A stretch of DNA of 64,000 bases from Pseudomonadota bacterium (GTDB lineage Bacteria > Pseudomonadota > Alphaproteobacteria > SHVZ01), in contig JACQAG010000054.1 of NCBI GenBank assembly GCA_016195085.1, positions 7,045 to 71,044 on the forward strand. The letters are read 5' to 3'. The translations under genes were made by a program, and so were the position numbers. A model generated the notes under the pieces. The model did not search any database. It saw only the letters and a program-made list of their open reading frames with translations, and was not told the DNA's origin. Within the stretch, counting starts at the first letter, position 1. Every line of letters starts with the position of its first letter. Shown here piece by piece: positions 17,917 through 27,792 of this stretch.

Positions 17917-18936
17917 TTAGTAGACCAACTCGTCGCCGCCCTTATTGTCGGACAGCACGATCTCGCCGCGCGAGGCCAGGTCCTTGGCGAGGTTGACCAT
18001 GTACATCTGCGCCTCGTCCACCTCCTTCAAGCGGATCGGGCCCATGGAGGCCATGTCCTCGCGCAGGAGCTTGCCGGCGCGCTCGGACATGTTGGAGAAG
18101 AACATGTCGCGGAGCTGCTCGGAGGCGCCCTTCAGCGCGATCGCCAGCTTGCTCTTCTCCACCGTGCGCAGCAGCGTCTGCACGCCGCCCGGATCCAGGC
18201 GGGACAGGTCCTCGAAAGTGAACATCAGCGCGCGGATCTTCTCGGCGGAGTCCTTGTTGCGCTCTTCGAGCGCGGCGATGAAGCGCGACTCGGTGGCGCG
18301 GTCGAGGCTGTTGAAGATCTCCGCCATCATCTCATGGGCATCGCGCCTGGTGGTGCGCGCGAGGTTGCTCATGAACTCGGTGCGCAAGGTGCGCTCCACG
18401 TCGGAGAGCACATCCTTCTGCACCGCCTCCATGCGCAGCATGCGCATCACCACTTCCATGGCGAAGTTCTCGGGCAGCATGCTCAAGACCTTGGCTGCGT
18501 GCTCGCCCTTGACCTTGGACAAGACCACGCCGACGGTCTGCGGATATTCGTTCTTGAGGTAGTTGGCGAGCACCACCTCGTTTACGTTGCCGAGCTTGTC
18601 CCACATGGTCCGGCCGGCGGGACCGCGGATCTCGTCCATGATCCCCGAGACCCGGTCGCCGTCCATGACCTTCATCAACAGGCGCTCGGTCGAATCGAAG
18701 GTGCCGACCAAGGAGCCGGTGGAGGAGATCTGCTCGGCGAACTCCACGAACAGCCGCTCGACCACGTTCGAGGAGACCGTGCCGAGATTGGCCATGACCT
18801 GGGAGATCTCCTTGATCTCGTCGTCGCTCATCAGCGCAAAGAGCTTGGAAGCGTGCTCCTCGCCCAAGCTCATGAGCAGCATCGCCGCCTTCTCTGGACC
18901 ACTGAGCGCCCGATAATCCTCGCGAACGCGCATCAC
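17917..18936 (-). CDS. fliG: Motor switch protein FliG
   Basis: [42 protein letters not shown]. Confidence 0.97.
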   Translation of the reverse strand: MMRVREDYRALSGPEKAAMLLMSLGEEHASKLFALMSDDEIKEISQVMANLGTVSSNVVERLFVEFAEQISSTGSLVGTFDSTERLLMKVMDGDRVSGIMDEIRGPAGRTMWDKLGNVNEVVLANYLKNEYPQTVGVVLSKVKGEHAAKVLSMLPENFAMEVVMRMLRMEAVQKDVLSDVERTLRTEFMSNLARTTRRDAHEMMAEIFNSLDRATESRFIAALEERNKDSAEKIRALMFTFEDLSRLDPGGVQTLLRTVEKSKLAIALKGASEQLRDMFFSNMSERAGKLLREDMASMGPIRLKEVDEAQMYMVNLAKDLASRGEIVLSDNKGGDELVY

Positions 18937-18989
18937 CCTGCTCCCCTTACCGCAAGCCCACCCGAAAAGGGCCTGCGGCCATCACCTGC

Positions 18990-20645
18990 TCAGGTGGCTT
19001 CCTGATACATCCAGTTGCGGACGATGGCGACGGCTTCCTCCGGGTGCTTGTCGACGATCTCGCCGATCTTCTTCAAGGACGACGCGCGGACCCGACCCTC
19101 GACGCGGTTGATGTCGATCATCGCGTCGAGCAGATCTTCCGGCTCCTCTTCCGGGGGCGCCAGCGCCGCGGCGGTGTCGAGCGGGCCGGCGAGTGCGGCC
19201 ATGCCGGCACCCGGCGGGCCGGCGACGGCTTCCGGTCCTAGGGCCGCGCCGGCTGCCGGCAACGCCTCGAACAGCCTGGTCAGGACCGGGCGGACCACCA
19301 GCAGGATCACCAGCAGGCCGACCACGCCCAAGACGATGATCTCGGCCAGCTGCAGGAACTCGCGCTTGGAGATGCCGAAGAGCGTGGTCGCGGTATCGGC
19401 GACCTCTTCGATCTGGGCGAAGGGCAGGTTGGCGAGCTCGACCTGGTCGCCGCGATTCGCATCGAAGCCGATTGCAGACTTCACCAGGGCCTCGAGCTGC
19501 TGCATCTCATCCTTGTTGCGGGCGGCGTAGGTCTTGTCCGGTCCGGAGTAGATGCCGTCGACCAGAACCGCGACCGACAGGCGCTTGACCGCGCCGCCCT
19601 CGCGCACCGTGTTGCGGACGATGCGGCTCACCTCGTAGTTGACGGTCTCCTCGTTGCGGCCCGAGCGCGAGCCGGTGCTCCCGCCGCCGACATTGACGCC
19701 GGTCTGGCCTTCCGGGAGGTTGTTCTGCACGGTGACCGCCTGATTGGGCTGGCCTTCGGTCGAATTTGAGGTCTCCTCGACGGTCTGGGTCGAGCGCACG
19801 ACCTGGCCATTGGGATCGAAGCTCTCGGCGTTCTCGGTCACCCGATCGAAATTCACCTCGGCGGAGACCTCGGCGCGGACCTTGCCGAAGCCGACCGAGC
19901 GCTCGAGCAACGCCTCGACCTGGCTACGAATGCGACCCTCGTAGGCGATGCGCATTTCTTCGGCATTGGTGACGGCCAGGCTCTGCACGTTGACCTCGCC
20001 GCCCCGGGCGAGGAGATTGCCCCGATCGTCGACGATCGAGATGCGCGACGGCTTGAGATCGGGGACGGCAGCGGCAACCAGCTGCTGGACCGCCTGCACC
20101 TGCGGCTTGTCGAGCTGCTTGCCACCGCGCATCTTCAGGATGATTGAGGCGCTCGGGTCCTGACGCTCCCGGCTGAACAGCTCGCGGCGCGGCAGCACCA
20201 GATGGACCCTTGCGGCGGCAATGCCGGCAATGGTGCCGATGGTACGGGCGAGCTCGCCTTCGAGGGCCCGGACCTGGTTGATCGCCTGGACGAAGTTGCT
20301 GGTGCCAAGGCCTTGAGTTTTATCAAAAATCTCATAACCAACGGAACCGCCGGAGGGGAGCCCGGCCTGGGCCAGGGAGACGCGAAGATTGAGCGCCTGG
20401 TCGGCGGGGACAAGGATCTGCGTGCCGCCGGCGGCCAGCCGGAACGGCACGCTTTGCTGGGAGAGCTTGTTGACGATCTGGCTGGTTTCGGCCGGATCGA
20501 GATCGGCATAGAGAAGGGTCAGATCGGGCTGCCCGAGCCGGGTCATGAGGAAGATGAAGAAGCCCAGCATCACCAGACCCACGCCGCCGAGGGCGGCGAC
20601 CCGGACCGTGCCGAGATTCTTGATCATCTGAACGAGTGCGTTCAC
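18990..20645 (-). CDS. fliF: MS-ring protein FliF
   Basis: GYEIFD..LGTSNF, RALEGELARTI, ARVHLVLP, TVNYEVS, RLSVAVLVDG, HPEEAVAIVRNW. Confidence 0.97.
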   Translation of the reverse strand: MNALVQMIKNLGTVRVAALGGVGLVMLGFFIFLMTRLGQPDLTLLYADLDPAETSQIVNKLSQQSVPFRLAAGGTQILVPADQALNLRVSLAQAGLPSGGSVGYEIFDKTQGLGTSNFVQAINQVRALEGELARTIGTIAGIAAARVHLVLPRRELFSRERQDPSASIILKMRGGKQLDKPQVQAVQQLVAAAVPDLKPSRISIVDDRGNLLARGGEVNVQSLAVTNAEEMRIAYEGRIRSQVEALLERSVGFGKVRAEVSAEVNFDRVTENAESFDPNGQVVRSTQTVEETSNSTEGQPNQAVTVQNNLPEGQTGVNVGGGSTGSRSGRNEETVNYEVSRIVRNTVREGGAVKRLSVAVLVDGIYSGPDKTYAARNKDEMQQLEALVKSAIGFDANRGDQVELANLPFAQIEEVADTATTLFGISKREFLQLAEIIVLGVVGLLVILLVVRPVLTRLFEALPAAGAALGPEAVAGPPGAGMAALAGPLDTAAALAPPEEEPEDLLDAMIDINRVEGRVRASSLKKIGEIVDKHPEEAVAIVRNWMYQEAT

Positions 20646-20724
20646 TGGCGCCTACCTCTCCGCCCGGCTGCGACGGGTTCTGAGCGAACCCTGGCCGTGG
20701 CATGATCTGAGGATCCCCCGGATG

Positions 20725-20737
20725 GGCAAATTTTGCC
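20725..20737. promoter_or_regulatory. ftr-like (FlbD-binding) palindrome upstream of fliF
   Basis: GGCAAATTTTGCC, same GGCA-N5-TGCC core as the site at 27763; a related site GCCACATTTTGCCG lies at about 20865. Confidence 0.55.
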
Positions 20738-21025
20738 TAGTACCGTACTCCAAAAGCGATTCGTTGAGAACCCTCTTTCTATAAAATTTTATGTTTTTTT
20801 GCCCTAAAAAAATTCCACTTTCTACTCTTTGGCGCGGTTACGGTGAAAATGCGCCGGGTGCCGAGCCACATTTTGCCGAGACCGTCACAGTTTGAGGCCA
20901 AAATCCGGCTTCCGAGCGCGAAGCACGCCCCGAGCGCTCACCCTAGCCTTAGTTCGATTAACAAAGCCTAGCCCAAGCCCTATCCTCGGGGCGCTCGAGG
21001 GACGGGTCAGGGAAGCGGGGCCGGG

Positions 21026-23443
21026 ATGGGGCGAGGGCAGCGACCGGCGACAGGGCCGGCGAGACGCAGGGCGGCTGAAGCTTTGCAGCGCGGCATGGCG
21101 GCGCACAGCGCCGGCCAGTTCGCGGCTGCCGCGGCGCTCTACCGGGCCGTCCTCGATGTCGATCCGCGCCATGCGGATGCGCTCAGGCTCTTCGGTCTCA
21201 CCTGCTTTCAAACCGGCCAGACGGCGACGGCCATCGAATGGCTGAGCAAAGCCGTGCGGGAGGCGCCCACCACCTCCCAGTACCGGACCGACCTTGCCTT
21301 GGTGCAGATGTCCGCCGGGCGGCTCGAGGAGGCCACGCGCATGCTCGCGGCCGCCCTGGCGCTGGCGCCGGAGAGCCCCGAAGCATGGTTCAACCGGGCG
21401 ATGCTGGCGGAGGGGGCGAAGCGCCGCGACGAGGCAATGGCGCTGTTTCGCCGCGCTACATGGACCCGTCCCGAAATGGCCGAGGCCCATGCCGCGCTGG
21501 GCACGCTCCTGGTGGCGCGGGGAAACACGAAAGCCGCGGTCGGGCCGCTCTCCCAGGCGATTGCCCTCGATCCGGAACTGTCCGAGGCGCGCTTGAAGCT
21601 CGGCGGCGCCCTGCAGGAGTTGGGCCGGCAAGAAGAGGCTCTCGCCTACTATGCCGGCGGGTGCGCGGCGCAGCCCGAGGTCGTCGAGTTCCACAACAAC
21701 CGGGGCAACGTGCTCCTGGCCTTGGGGCGGGCCGAAGAGGCGGCAGGCGCATACCGCGTCGGGCTCGCGTTCCGACCGGATCTGGGCGAGACCTTCAACA
21801 ATCTCGGCAACGCCGTCATTGCCGGGCCGCATCGAGACGAAGCCGGTCCCTTCTACCGGCGGGCGGTGCTGTTGCGACCGAACCTCGCCGAGGCCTTGAG
21901 CGGGCTCGGACGCTGGCTGGTCGACCGTGAAGCCCATGAGGAGGCGATCCAGCGCTTTCGCCAAGCGCTCGCGATCGAGCGCGAGCGGCCGGAATATCTG
22001 AGCAATCTCGGCAGCGTGTTGCGCACCGTTGGCCAGCTCGACGAGGCGCTGCGCTTGTTTCGCCACGCGCTGGCCTTGGCTCCCGGGAATCCGGAAGGCC
22101 ACAACAACATGGCGAGCGCCACGCTCACCCTCGGCGATGCCGATGACGCCATTCGCAACTATCGCCGCACGCTGGCGATTGCGCCTGCCGTGCTCGACGT
22201 GTGCCGCAATCTGCTGACCGCGACCTTGTATTCGACCGCGGTCTTGCCGGCCGCAGCCTTTGCCGAGCACCGGCGGTTTGCGGAGCTGTTTCGGCCCAAA
22301 GAAGCGCCCACGCCGCTGCCGGCTCGAGCCCGCGAGCCGGAGAAGCGCTTGCGCATCGGCTACCTCTCCTCCGACTTCCGCCATCACCCGATCGCACGCA
22401 ACACCTGGCCTTGGCTCACCGAGCGCGATCGGACCCACTTCGAGGTGGTGTGCTTCGCCGAGGTGCACAAACCCGATCACGTGACCGAGCAGCTGAAGCC
22501 GCTGGTGGATGGCTGGATATCGATCATCGGCCGCAGCGATGCGGAGGTGGCCGCCGAAGTGCGCCGCGCCGGGATCGACATCCTGATCATTCTGGCGGGG
22601 CATTTCGACCGCAACCGGCCCTTGGTCGCCACCTACCGTCCGGCGCCGATCACGGCGAGCGCCCATGACGGAGCGACCAGCGGGCTCGAGGAGATGGATT
22701 ACCTCTTGGCAGACCCGATCGTCTGTCCGCGGCATGGACGCGAGGGCTTCACCGAACGGGTGGTGCGCTTGCCGCTCATCTCGCTGCAGCGACCCATCGA
22801 CGGGGCGCCCTCGATGGAGCCGCCGCCGGTGCTGCGCACGGGCGCCATCACCTTCGGATCCTTCAACAACCCGGCGAAGGTAACGCCGGCCACCGTCGAG
22901 CTATGGGCGGGCGTGCTGCACGCGGTGCCGGGCTCACGCATAGTGCTCAAATACCGCAACGTGTTCGGAGCGGCAGCGGCCCGACAACGCCTGCAGGCGA
23001 TGTTCGCCCGGCGCGGCATTCCTGCCGAGCGATTGGTGATGGCGGCGGCGAGCGGCACGGCGGATCCGGTGCTGCATCACTTGGCGCTCTACCACCATGT
23101 CGACATCGCTCTCGACACGTTTCCGTTCAACGGTTCGACGACGACGTTCGAGGCGTTGTGGATGGGCTTGCCGGTGGTCACGCTCATGGGCGAGACCATG
23201 ATGGCGCGTTGGGCGGGCTCGATGCTGGCCCATGTCGGCAGGCGAGAGTGGGCGGCGGAGACGGCCGCAGACTATGTCCGCATCGCTGGCGCGCTCGCCG
23301 GTGATCGCGACCGGCTCGTCCGCGAGCGTCAGGCGCTCCGTAGCGATGTGGCGCGTTCGCCCTTGTGCGACGCGCCACGCGCCATGCGGCATCTCGAGCG
23401 GACGTACAGGGCCTTGTGGCGGCGCTGGTGCGCCGCCGCCTAG
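21026..23443 (+). CDS. TPR + GT41 (SPINDLY/OGT-like) protein glycosyltransferase #1
   Basis: Long TPR array, GYLSSDFRHHPI, FGSFNNPAK, DTFPFNGSTTTFEALWMG, C-terminal WRRWC. Confidence 0.9.
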   Translation: MGRGQRPATGPARRRAAEALQRGMAAHSAGQFAAAAALYRAVLDVDPRHADALRLFGLTCFQTGQTATAIEWLSKAVREAPTTSQYRTDLALVQMSAGRLEEATRMLAAALALAPESPEAWFNRAMLAEGAKRRDEAMALFRRATWTRPEMAEAHAALGTLLVARGNTKAAVGPLSQAIALDPELSEARLKLGGALQELGRQEEALAYYAGGCAAQPEVVEFHNNRGNVLLALGRAEEAAGAYRVGLAFRPDLGETFNNLGNAVIAGPHRDEAGPFYRRAVLLRPNLAEALSGLGRWLVDREAHEEAIQRFRQALAIERERPEYLSNLGSVLRTVGQLDEALRLFRHALALAPGNPEGHNNMASATLTLGDADDAIRNYRRTLAIAPAVLDVCRNLLTATLYSTAVLPAAAFAEHRRFAELFRPKEAPTPLPARAREPEKRLRIGYLSSDFRHHPIARNTWPWLTERDRTHFEVVCFAEVHKPDHVTEQLKPLVDGWISIIGRSDAEVAAEVRRAGIDILIILAGHFDRNRPLVATYRPAPITASAHDGATSGLEEMDYLLADPIVCPRHGREGFTERVVRLPLISLQRPIDGAPSMEPPPVLRTGAITFGSFNNPAKVTPATVELWAGVLHAVPGSRIVLKYRNVFGAAAARQRLQAMFARRGIPAERLVMAAASGTADPVLHHLALYHHVDIALDTFPFNGSTTTFEALWMGLPVVTLMGETMMARWAGSMLAHVGRREWAAETAADYVRIAGALAGDRDRLVRERQALRSDVARSPLCDAPRAMRHLERTYRALWRRWCAAA

Positions 23444-23452
23444 GCCCTATTG

Positions 23453-24778
23453 CTATTGTTTAAGTCGCGTCGCCTCATCCAGCATCTGATCCGCCGTGGT
23501 AATCACCCTGGCCGCGGCGTTATAGGCGCGCTGCACGATGATCATGTTGGTGAATTCCTGGGAAAGGTCGACGGTCGAGTTTTCCAAGGAGGAGGGCGAG
23601 ATCGCGCCCGAGGCGCCGGTGTTGGCCGGCCGCAGGAACGGATTGCCCGACGCGCTGGTGGTGCTGTAGGCGTTGCCGTTGATGCGCTGCAGGCCGTCCG
23701 CGTTCTGATAGGTGGCGACCGCCAGCCGGTAGATCTTCTGCGACAAACCATTGGCGAAGGTGGCGGTGATGAAGCCGTTGTTGTCGACGCCGACGCCGGT
23801 CAAGGCCGCCGGCGGCACGCCATCCTGGGTGATGCTATTCACCGCATAGGGCGAACCGACTTGGGTCGTGCCGTTGCCCGTGCCGATGGTGCCGAAGTTG
23901 ATGTTGATCGTCTGCGGCTGGGCGACGCCGGCGGGGAGGCCGATCACGGCCGAGAAGTTGATGCCGGAGACCGCAAGGATGCCGGAGGTCGCCGGCGTGG
24001 TGTTGCCGTTGACGTTGATCAGCTGGCCCTGGTTGTTGAAGTTGACGGTGAAGGCGGTGGCCGGCGTGGTGATGCTGGTCGGGTTGAAGGAGACGTTCAC
24101 CGTCCATTGGTTCAAGGTGGCCGTAGCGTTCCAGGTCAAGACCATGGTCTCGGGATTGCCGAGCGCGTCGTAGGTGGTGATGTTGGTGGTCTGCGCCGCC
24201 GGCGTCGCCACCGCCGTGGGCGGCAGGTTCAGCGCGGCGGTGATATTCGCCGTCGCGCGGGCGACCGAGGACTGACCGGTCAGGTTCACCGTCTGCAGAT
24301 TGGCGAACAGGTCCGTTTGGCTGGTGGTGACGCCGGCAGGCGTCAGCACGTTGCCGAACGGATCCAGCTTGTAGCCCTGCAGGAAATAGCCGCCGGCGTT
24401 GAACAGGTTGCCGTTCTTGTCGCTGGTGAAGTTGCCGGCGCGGGTGAACAGCGTGTTCGAGTTGGCCGCCTGGGTGCCGCCGGGCTGGGTGGTGACCACG
24501 AAGAAGCCCTGCCCGGTGATGGCGACGTCGGTCGGCGACGTGCTGGCCTGGATCAGGCCCTGCTTGTCCACTTGCGTGAACGGATTGCCCTGCACGCCGC
24601 CCGGCGAGTAGCTCGTGGTGCTCTGGCCATTCGTCACCAGGGTCGAGAAGCGCGTCTGCGTTCCCTTGTAGCCGACGGTGTTCACATTGGCGATGTTGTC
24701 GGAGATCGACGCCATCGAATTGCCGTTGGCGAACAGACCCGACACGCCCGCGAATAGTGCACCATAGATGCTGCTCAT
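23453..24778 (-). CDS. flgE: Flagellar hook protein FlgE
   Basis: GVSGL..ISDNIANVNTVGYK, FTRAGNF..DKNG, YDALG, LENSTVDLSQEFTNMIIVQRAY. Confidence 0.96.
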   Translation of the reverse strand: MSSIYGALFAGVSGLFANGNSMASISDNIANVNTVGYKGTQTRFSTLVTNGQSTTSYSPGGVQGNPFTQVDKQGLIQASTSPTDVAITGQGFFVVTTQPGGTQAANSNTLFTRAGNFTSDKNGNLFNAGGYFLQGYKLDPFGNVLTPAGVTTSQTDLFANLQTVNLTGQSSVARATANITAALNLPPTAVATPAAQTTNITTYDALGNPETMVLTWNATATLNQWTVNVSFNPTSITTPATAFTVNFNNQGQLINVNGNTTPATSGILAVSGINFSAVIGLPAGVAQPQTININFGTIGTGNGTTQVGSPYAVNSITQDGVPPAALTGVGVDNNGFITATFANGLSQKIYRLAVATYQNADGLQRINGNAYSTTSASGNPFLRPANTGASGAISPSSLENSTVDLSQEFTNMIIVQRAYNAAARVITTADQMLDEATRLKQ

Positions 24779-24848
24779 GACGCTTCTCCTTCTCTAACCT
24801 TCGCGGGCCTCTCGGCCGCTCTCCAAATTTGAACCGTTGCGCTGAGTC

Positions 24849-25514
24849 CTAGGATTCGACGCTGGTGATGTCCGACATGTTGACCTTGACCGACCCGATG
24901 AGCAGGACCGGACCCGAGCTGTCGACTTCGACGCCGGTGACCTTGCCGCCGACCTGGGTGGTGACGGTGACCGGCTGATTTTGCCGATCGACGGCGCCGA
25001 CGGTGATCTTGTAAGTGCCGTCGGCCAGCTGGATGCCGTTGTCGTCCTTGCCGTCCCAGCTGAAGCTGTGATCGCCCGTGGCCGTCTCGCCGACACCGTG
25101 GAACACCACCTTGCCGGTGGAATCGGTGATGGCGATCGAGGTCGCCTGCGCCGTCGCGGACAGGTTGTAGCCGAAGGTGGCGGCGCCATTTTGCAGTTGC
25201 TGGCTGCTGCCGTTGGCGCGAATGGTGTGGCCGATATAGGTGGTGGCCTGGGACACCTGGTTGCCGGTCTGCAGCGAGATCAGCTTCTCCAGGTTCTTGT
25301 TGGTGGTGATCGACTGCTCGACGGCGCTGAACTGCACTAGCTGCGTGGTGAACTGCGTGGAGTCCATCGGGCTCAGCGGATCCTGGTTCTTGAGCTGCGT
25401 GGTCAAGAGCGTCAGGAACTTGTCGGCGGTCTGCGACAGGTTCGCGAGCGCGTTCGTGGAATTGCTGGCATTGCTCGTTGCCGACGAGTTGGTGAGGCTG
25501 CTGATGCCGGTCAT
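24849..25514 (-). CDS. flgD: Hook capping protein FlgD
   Basis: FLTLLTTQLKNQDPLSPMD..FTTQLVQFS.VEQ, WDGKD..G..DGTY. Confidence 0.96.
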   Translation of the reverse strand: MTGISSLTNSSATSNASNSTNALANLSQTADKFLTLLTTQLKNQDPLSPMDSTQFTTQLVQFSAVEQSITTNKNLEKLISLQTGNQVSQATTYIGHTIRANGSSQQLQNGAATFGYNLSATAQATSIAITDSTGKVVFHGVGETATGDHSFSWDGKDDNGIQLADGTYKITVGAVDRQNQPVTVTTQVGGKVTGVEVDSSGPVLLIGSVKVNMSDITSVES

Positions 25515-25535
25515 GACTCTGTGTCCTTCGCGCTC

Positions 25536-27602
25536 TTACACGCTGACGTCGACGCCGCCGGCGGCACGCCGCCAAGCAGCTGCCGGAGGTGAAGCAGGAT
25601 CCGTGCCAATCTCGCGTTCGCTCGGCGCCGACACCAGCGTGCGACGCCCGGCGTCGCGGTCGGCGAACTGGTCAGCGCTGCGCTGTTCGCGCAGGTTGAA
25701 GCTCAGGCTGCCGGAGTCGGTCTTGAGGCCGGCGTCCTTCAGCGCTTGGTCGAGATGCGTGGCGTCCCGGCGAAGCCAGTCCAAGGTTTCCGGCTTGTCG
25801 GCGGTGATCGCGGCGGCGACATGGCCGTCACGCCGGATATCGAGCTGCACATCGATGCGGCCGAGGGACTCCGGCTTCAGCTGGATGGTGATGCGGTTGC
25901 TGTCCGATTGCACCGCCTTCGAGACTTGGACCGCGATCTGCTCGGCCACCGGTGGGGGCACGTGAACGGCTCGGCTTGGCGCCGGAGCGTCCGTGCGTGT
26001 CGTCGCGTCCGCTTGCTGTGCAGGCGGCGCGGAGGCAAGGGGCGTTGGCTGTCCGGCGCCGCTGGGCTTGCTCGAACCGGCATCGGCGGCAAGCGTATCG
26101 GTGGCCGCCTGCGGCTGGTCGCTCGGCTGCGCCGCGGCTTGCGCGTGCCCACCTGCCGCACCCAGCTCGGAGGCGAAATCCGGCAGGGTCGGCTGGGCGA
26201 AGGCGGCCGCCGCATTCGCACCCGCGAGCTGGTCGCCGTTCAGCAACCTGGCCGTCAGGCTCTGTGCCGGCATCTTTGCGGCGCCTGAGCTCTGCGCCAG
26301 CGCCGCGACGGCAGCGCTTGCCGGGACCGACGGAGTATCGGAGGCGCTCTGCGCGATAAGCAGCGCGGCAAGGGAGGCGGTGCTGAGCGGCGCATCGTTG
26401 CCGTCATCATCGGCCGTGGAAGAGGGCACCACCGCCACCGTGGCCGCTGGCAGAAGGACCAGGCCCGTCTCGGTGGCCGTCGCCGTGGCAGTCGGGTTGG
26501 CATTGACCGTGGGGGTGGCCACGAAGGCGGTGGTGCGATCCGGCCCGCTGGCAGCGGCAGGCGCAGGATCTTGGACATCGGTCGTGCTTGCCGCTGCCGG
26601 CGCCACCGGCGCTGCCTGATTAGGAGTTGCCGACGCCGCGCTTGCGAGCGGCTCGGGGGCGGCAGGGGCGGGGGCGGATTGCGGCGCCGGGGCGGATTGC
26701 GGCGCCGGGGCGGCAAGCGCGCTCGCCGTGACGGGCTGCGCGGCGCCAGACGCATCGGCGGCGGCTGCCGTGTCTTGAGTGATGTCCGTCAGGGACGGGG
26801 CGGTGCCGCTCGGGACCGTCGCCGCGACGGTTGCCGCCTGGTCGGCGGCGGCCGCGGCTGCTGCGGCCGCTGTCGGTGGGGCGACGGCAGGCGTCGACGT
26901 GGGGTCGACGGCGACGCTGGCGTTGGCCGCCGTCGGATCGAAGGAAGCGGTGGCGAGAGCAGCGCTGCTGGCGTCGTCGTCATCCGCGGCACTTGCGGTT
27001 GCGCCGACAGCGGCAATAACGACTGGCGGGCTCGCGGCCGGCGCCGGCGGGTCGGAATTCGGTGATGTCTGGGCGGATGCCGCATCGGACGGATCTTGGC
27101 ATGCATCGGCGACCGCGGCCGCACCCTTCGAATGGTTGTCGGTCTGGCCGGCGGCGCCGCCGTTTGCCTGGGACGCTGCCGTCTTATCGGCATCGGCGGC
27201 ATCGGAGCGGACCACCGCGTTGCGCCGGGACGCCTTCGACGATGCGCCGGCTTTAGGCTTAGGGTCCGCGGCGCGGTCGGCGCGGCGGTCGTTGTTGCTG
27301 TCGTCGCGCGCTTTCTGGGAGGCACCGCGGCGTGTGCGGCGGTCGTCCTCGGCAGCGCGGGCGGCAGCGTTGCTGTCTAGGCTCGAAGGCGCCGAGCGCG
27401 GAGCGGCGCTGACATCGGTGGAGGCGGTATCGTTGGAAGCAGGGGCGTTCGCTCGGGAGCCCAGGAGTCCCGCCGCGCGCCGATCGACCGCCTGATCGAG
27501 GTGGGCGGCGAACTCTGCGCCATGATCACCGTCGTCGTTGGCACGCGCGCGCGATGGCGCAGGAATGGCCGAGGCGACGATGTCGATGCCGATTGCGTCC
27601 AT
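25536..27602 (-). CDS. fliK: Hook-length control protein FliK
   Basis: A/P/S/T-rich body; C-terminal IQLKPESLGRIDV..L..ALKDAGL; first gene of fliK-flgD-flgE. Confidence 0.9.
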   Translation of the reverse strand: MDAIGIDIVASAIPAPSRARANDDGDHGAEFAAHLDQAVDRRAAGLLGSRANAPASNDTASTDVSAAPRSAPSSLDSNAAARAAEDDRRTRRGASQKARDDSNNDRRADRAADPKPKAGASSKASRRNAVVRSDAADADKTAASQANGGAAGQTDNHSKGAAAVADACQDPSDAASAQTSPNSDPPAPAASPPVVIAAVGATASAADDDDASSAALATASFDPTAANASVAVDPTSTPAVAPPTAAAAAAAAADQAATVAATVPSGTAPSLTDITQDTAAAADASGAAQPVTASALAAPAPQSAPAPQSAPAPAAPEPLASAASATPNQAAPVAPAAASTTDVQDPAPAAASGPDRTTAFVATPTVNANPTATATATETGLVLLPAATVAVVPSSTADDDGNDAPLSTASLAALLIAQSASDTPSVPASAAVAALAQSSGAAKMPAQSLTARLLNGDQLAGANAAAAFAQPTLPDFASELGAAGGHAQAAAQPSDQPQAATDTLAADAGSSKPSGAGQPTPLASAPPAQQADATTRTDAPAPSRAVHVPPPVAEQIAVQVSKAVQSDSNRITIQLKPESLGRIDVQLDIRRDGHVAAAITADKPETLDWLRRDATHLDQALKDAGLKTDSGSLSFNLREQRSADQFADRDAGRRTLVSAPSEREIGTDPASPPAAAWRRAAGGVDVSV
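26671..26713 (-). repeat. Perfect in-frame 18-bp tandem repeat (about 2.4 copies) in fliK
   Basis: GGGGCGGATTGCGGCGCC twice plus GGGGCGG; encodes APAPQS units. Confidence 0.85.
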
Positions 27603-27642
27603 GATGTCGTAGCCGTCTGTCTATTGTGGCAGCTCGAATGGA

Positions 27643-27658
27643 AGCAATTCGCAGGCCA
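27643..27658 (-). promoter_or_regulatory. Sigma54 (-24/-12) promoter of fliK-flgD-flgE
   Basis: Minus strand TGGCCT-GCGAA-TTGCT versus consensus TGGCAC-N5-TTGCW; about 40 bp upstream of the fliK ATG. Confidence 0.85.
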
Positions 27659-27741
27659 GGTGCGATTTCGCGCAAAGTTGCGCGACCACAAGGGGTTATT
27701 CGGAAAAATCCGACACCGGAAAGGCTGGGATGACGCTGCGG

Positions 27742-27781
27742 GGCAGATTCTGCAGAGGTACCCCCGGCACATTTTGCCGGG
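27742..27781. promoter_or_regulatory. Tandem ftr-like FlbD enhancer sites
   Basis: CCCGGCACATTTTGCCGGG (27763-27781) plus a weaker GGCAGATTCTGCA (27742-27754), about 85-125 bp upstream of the sigma54 promoter, as for Caulobacter ftr elements. Confidence 0.75.
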
Positions 27782-27792
27782 CGCTGACCGGC

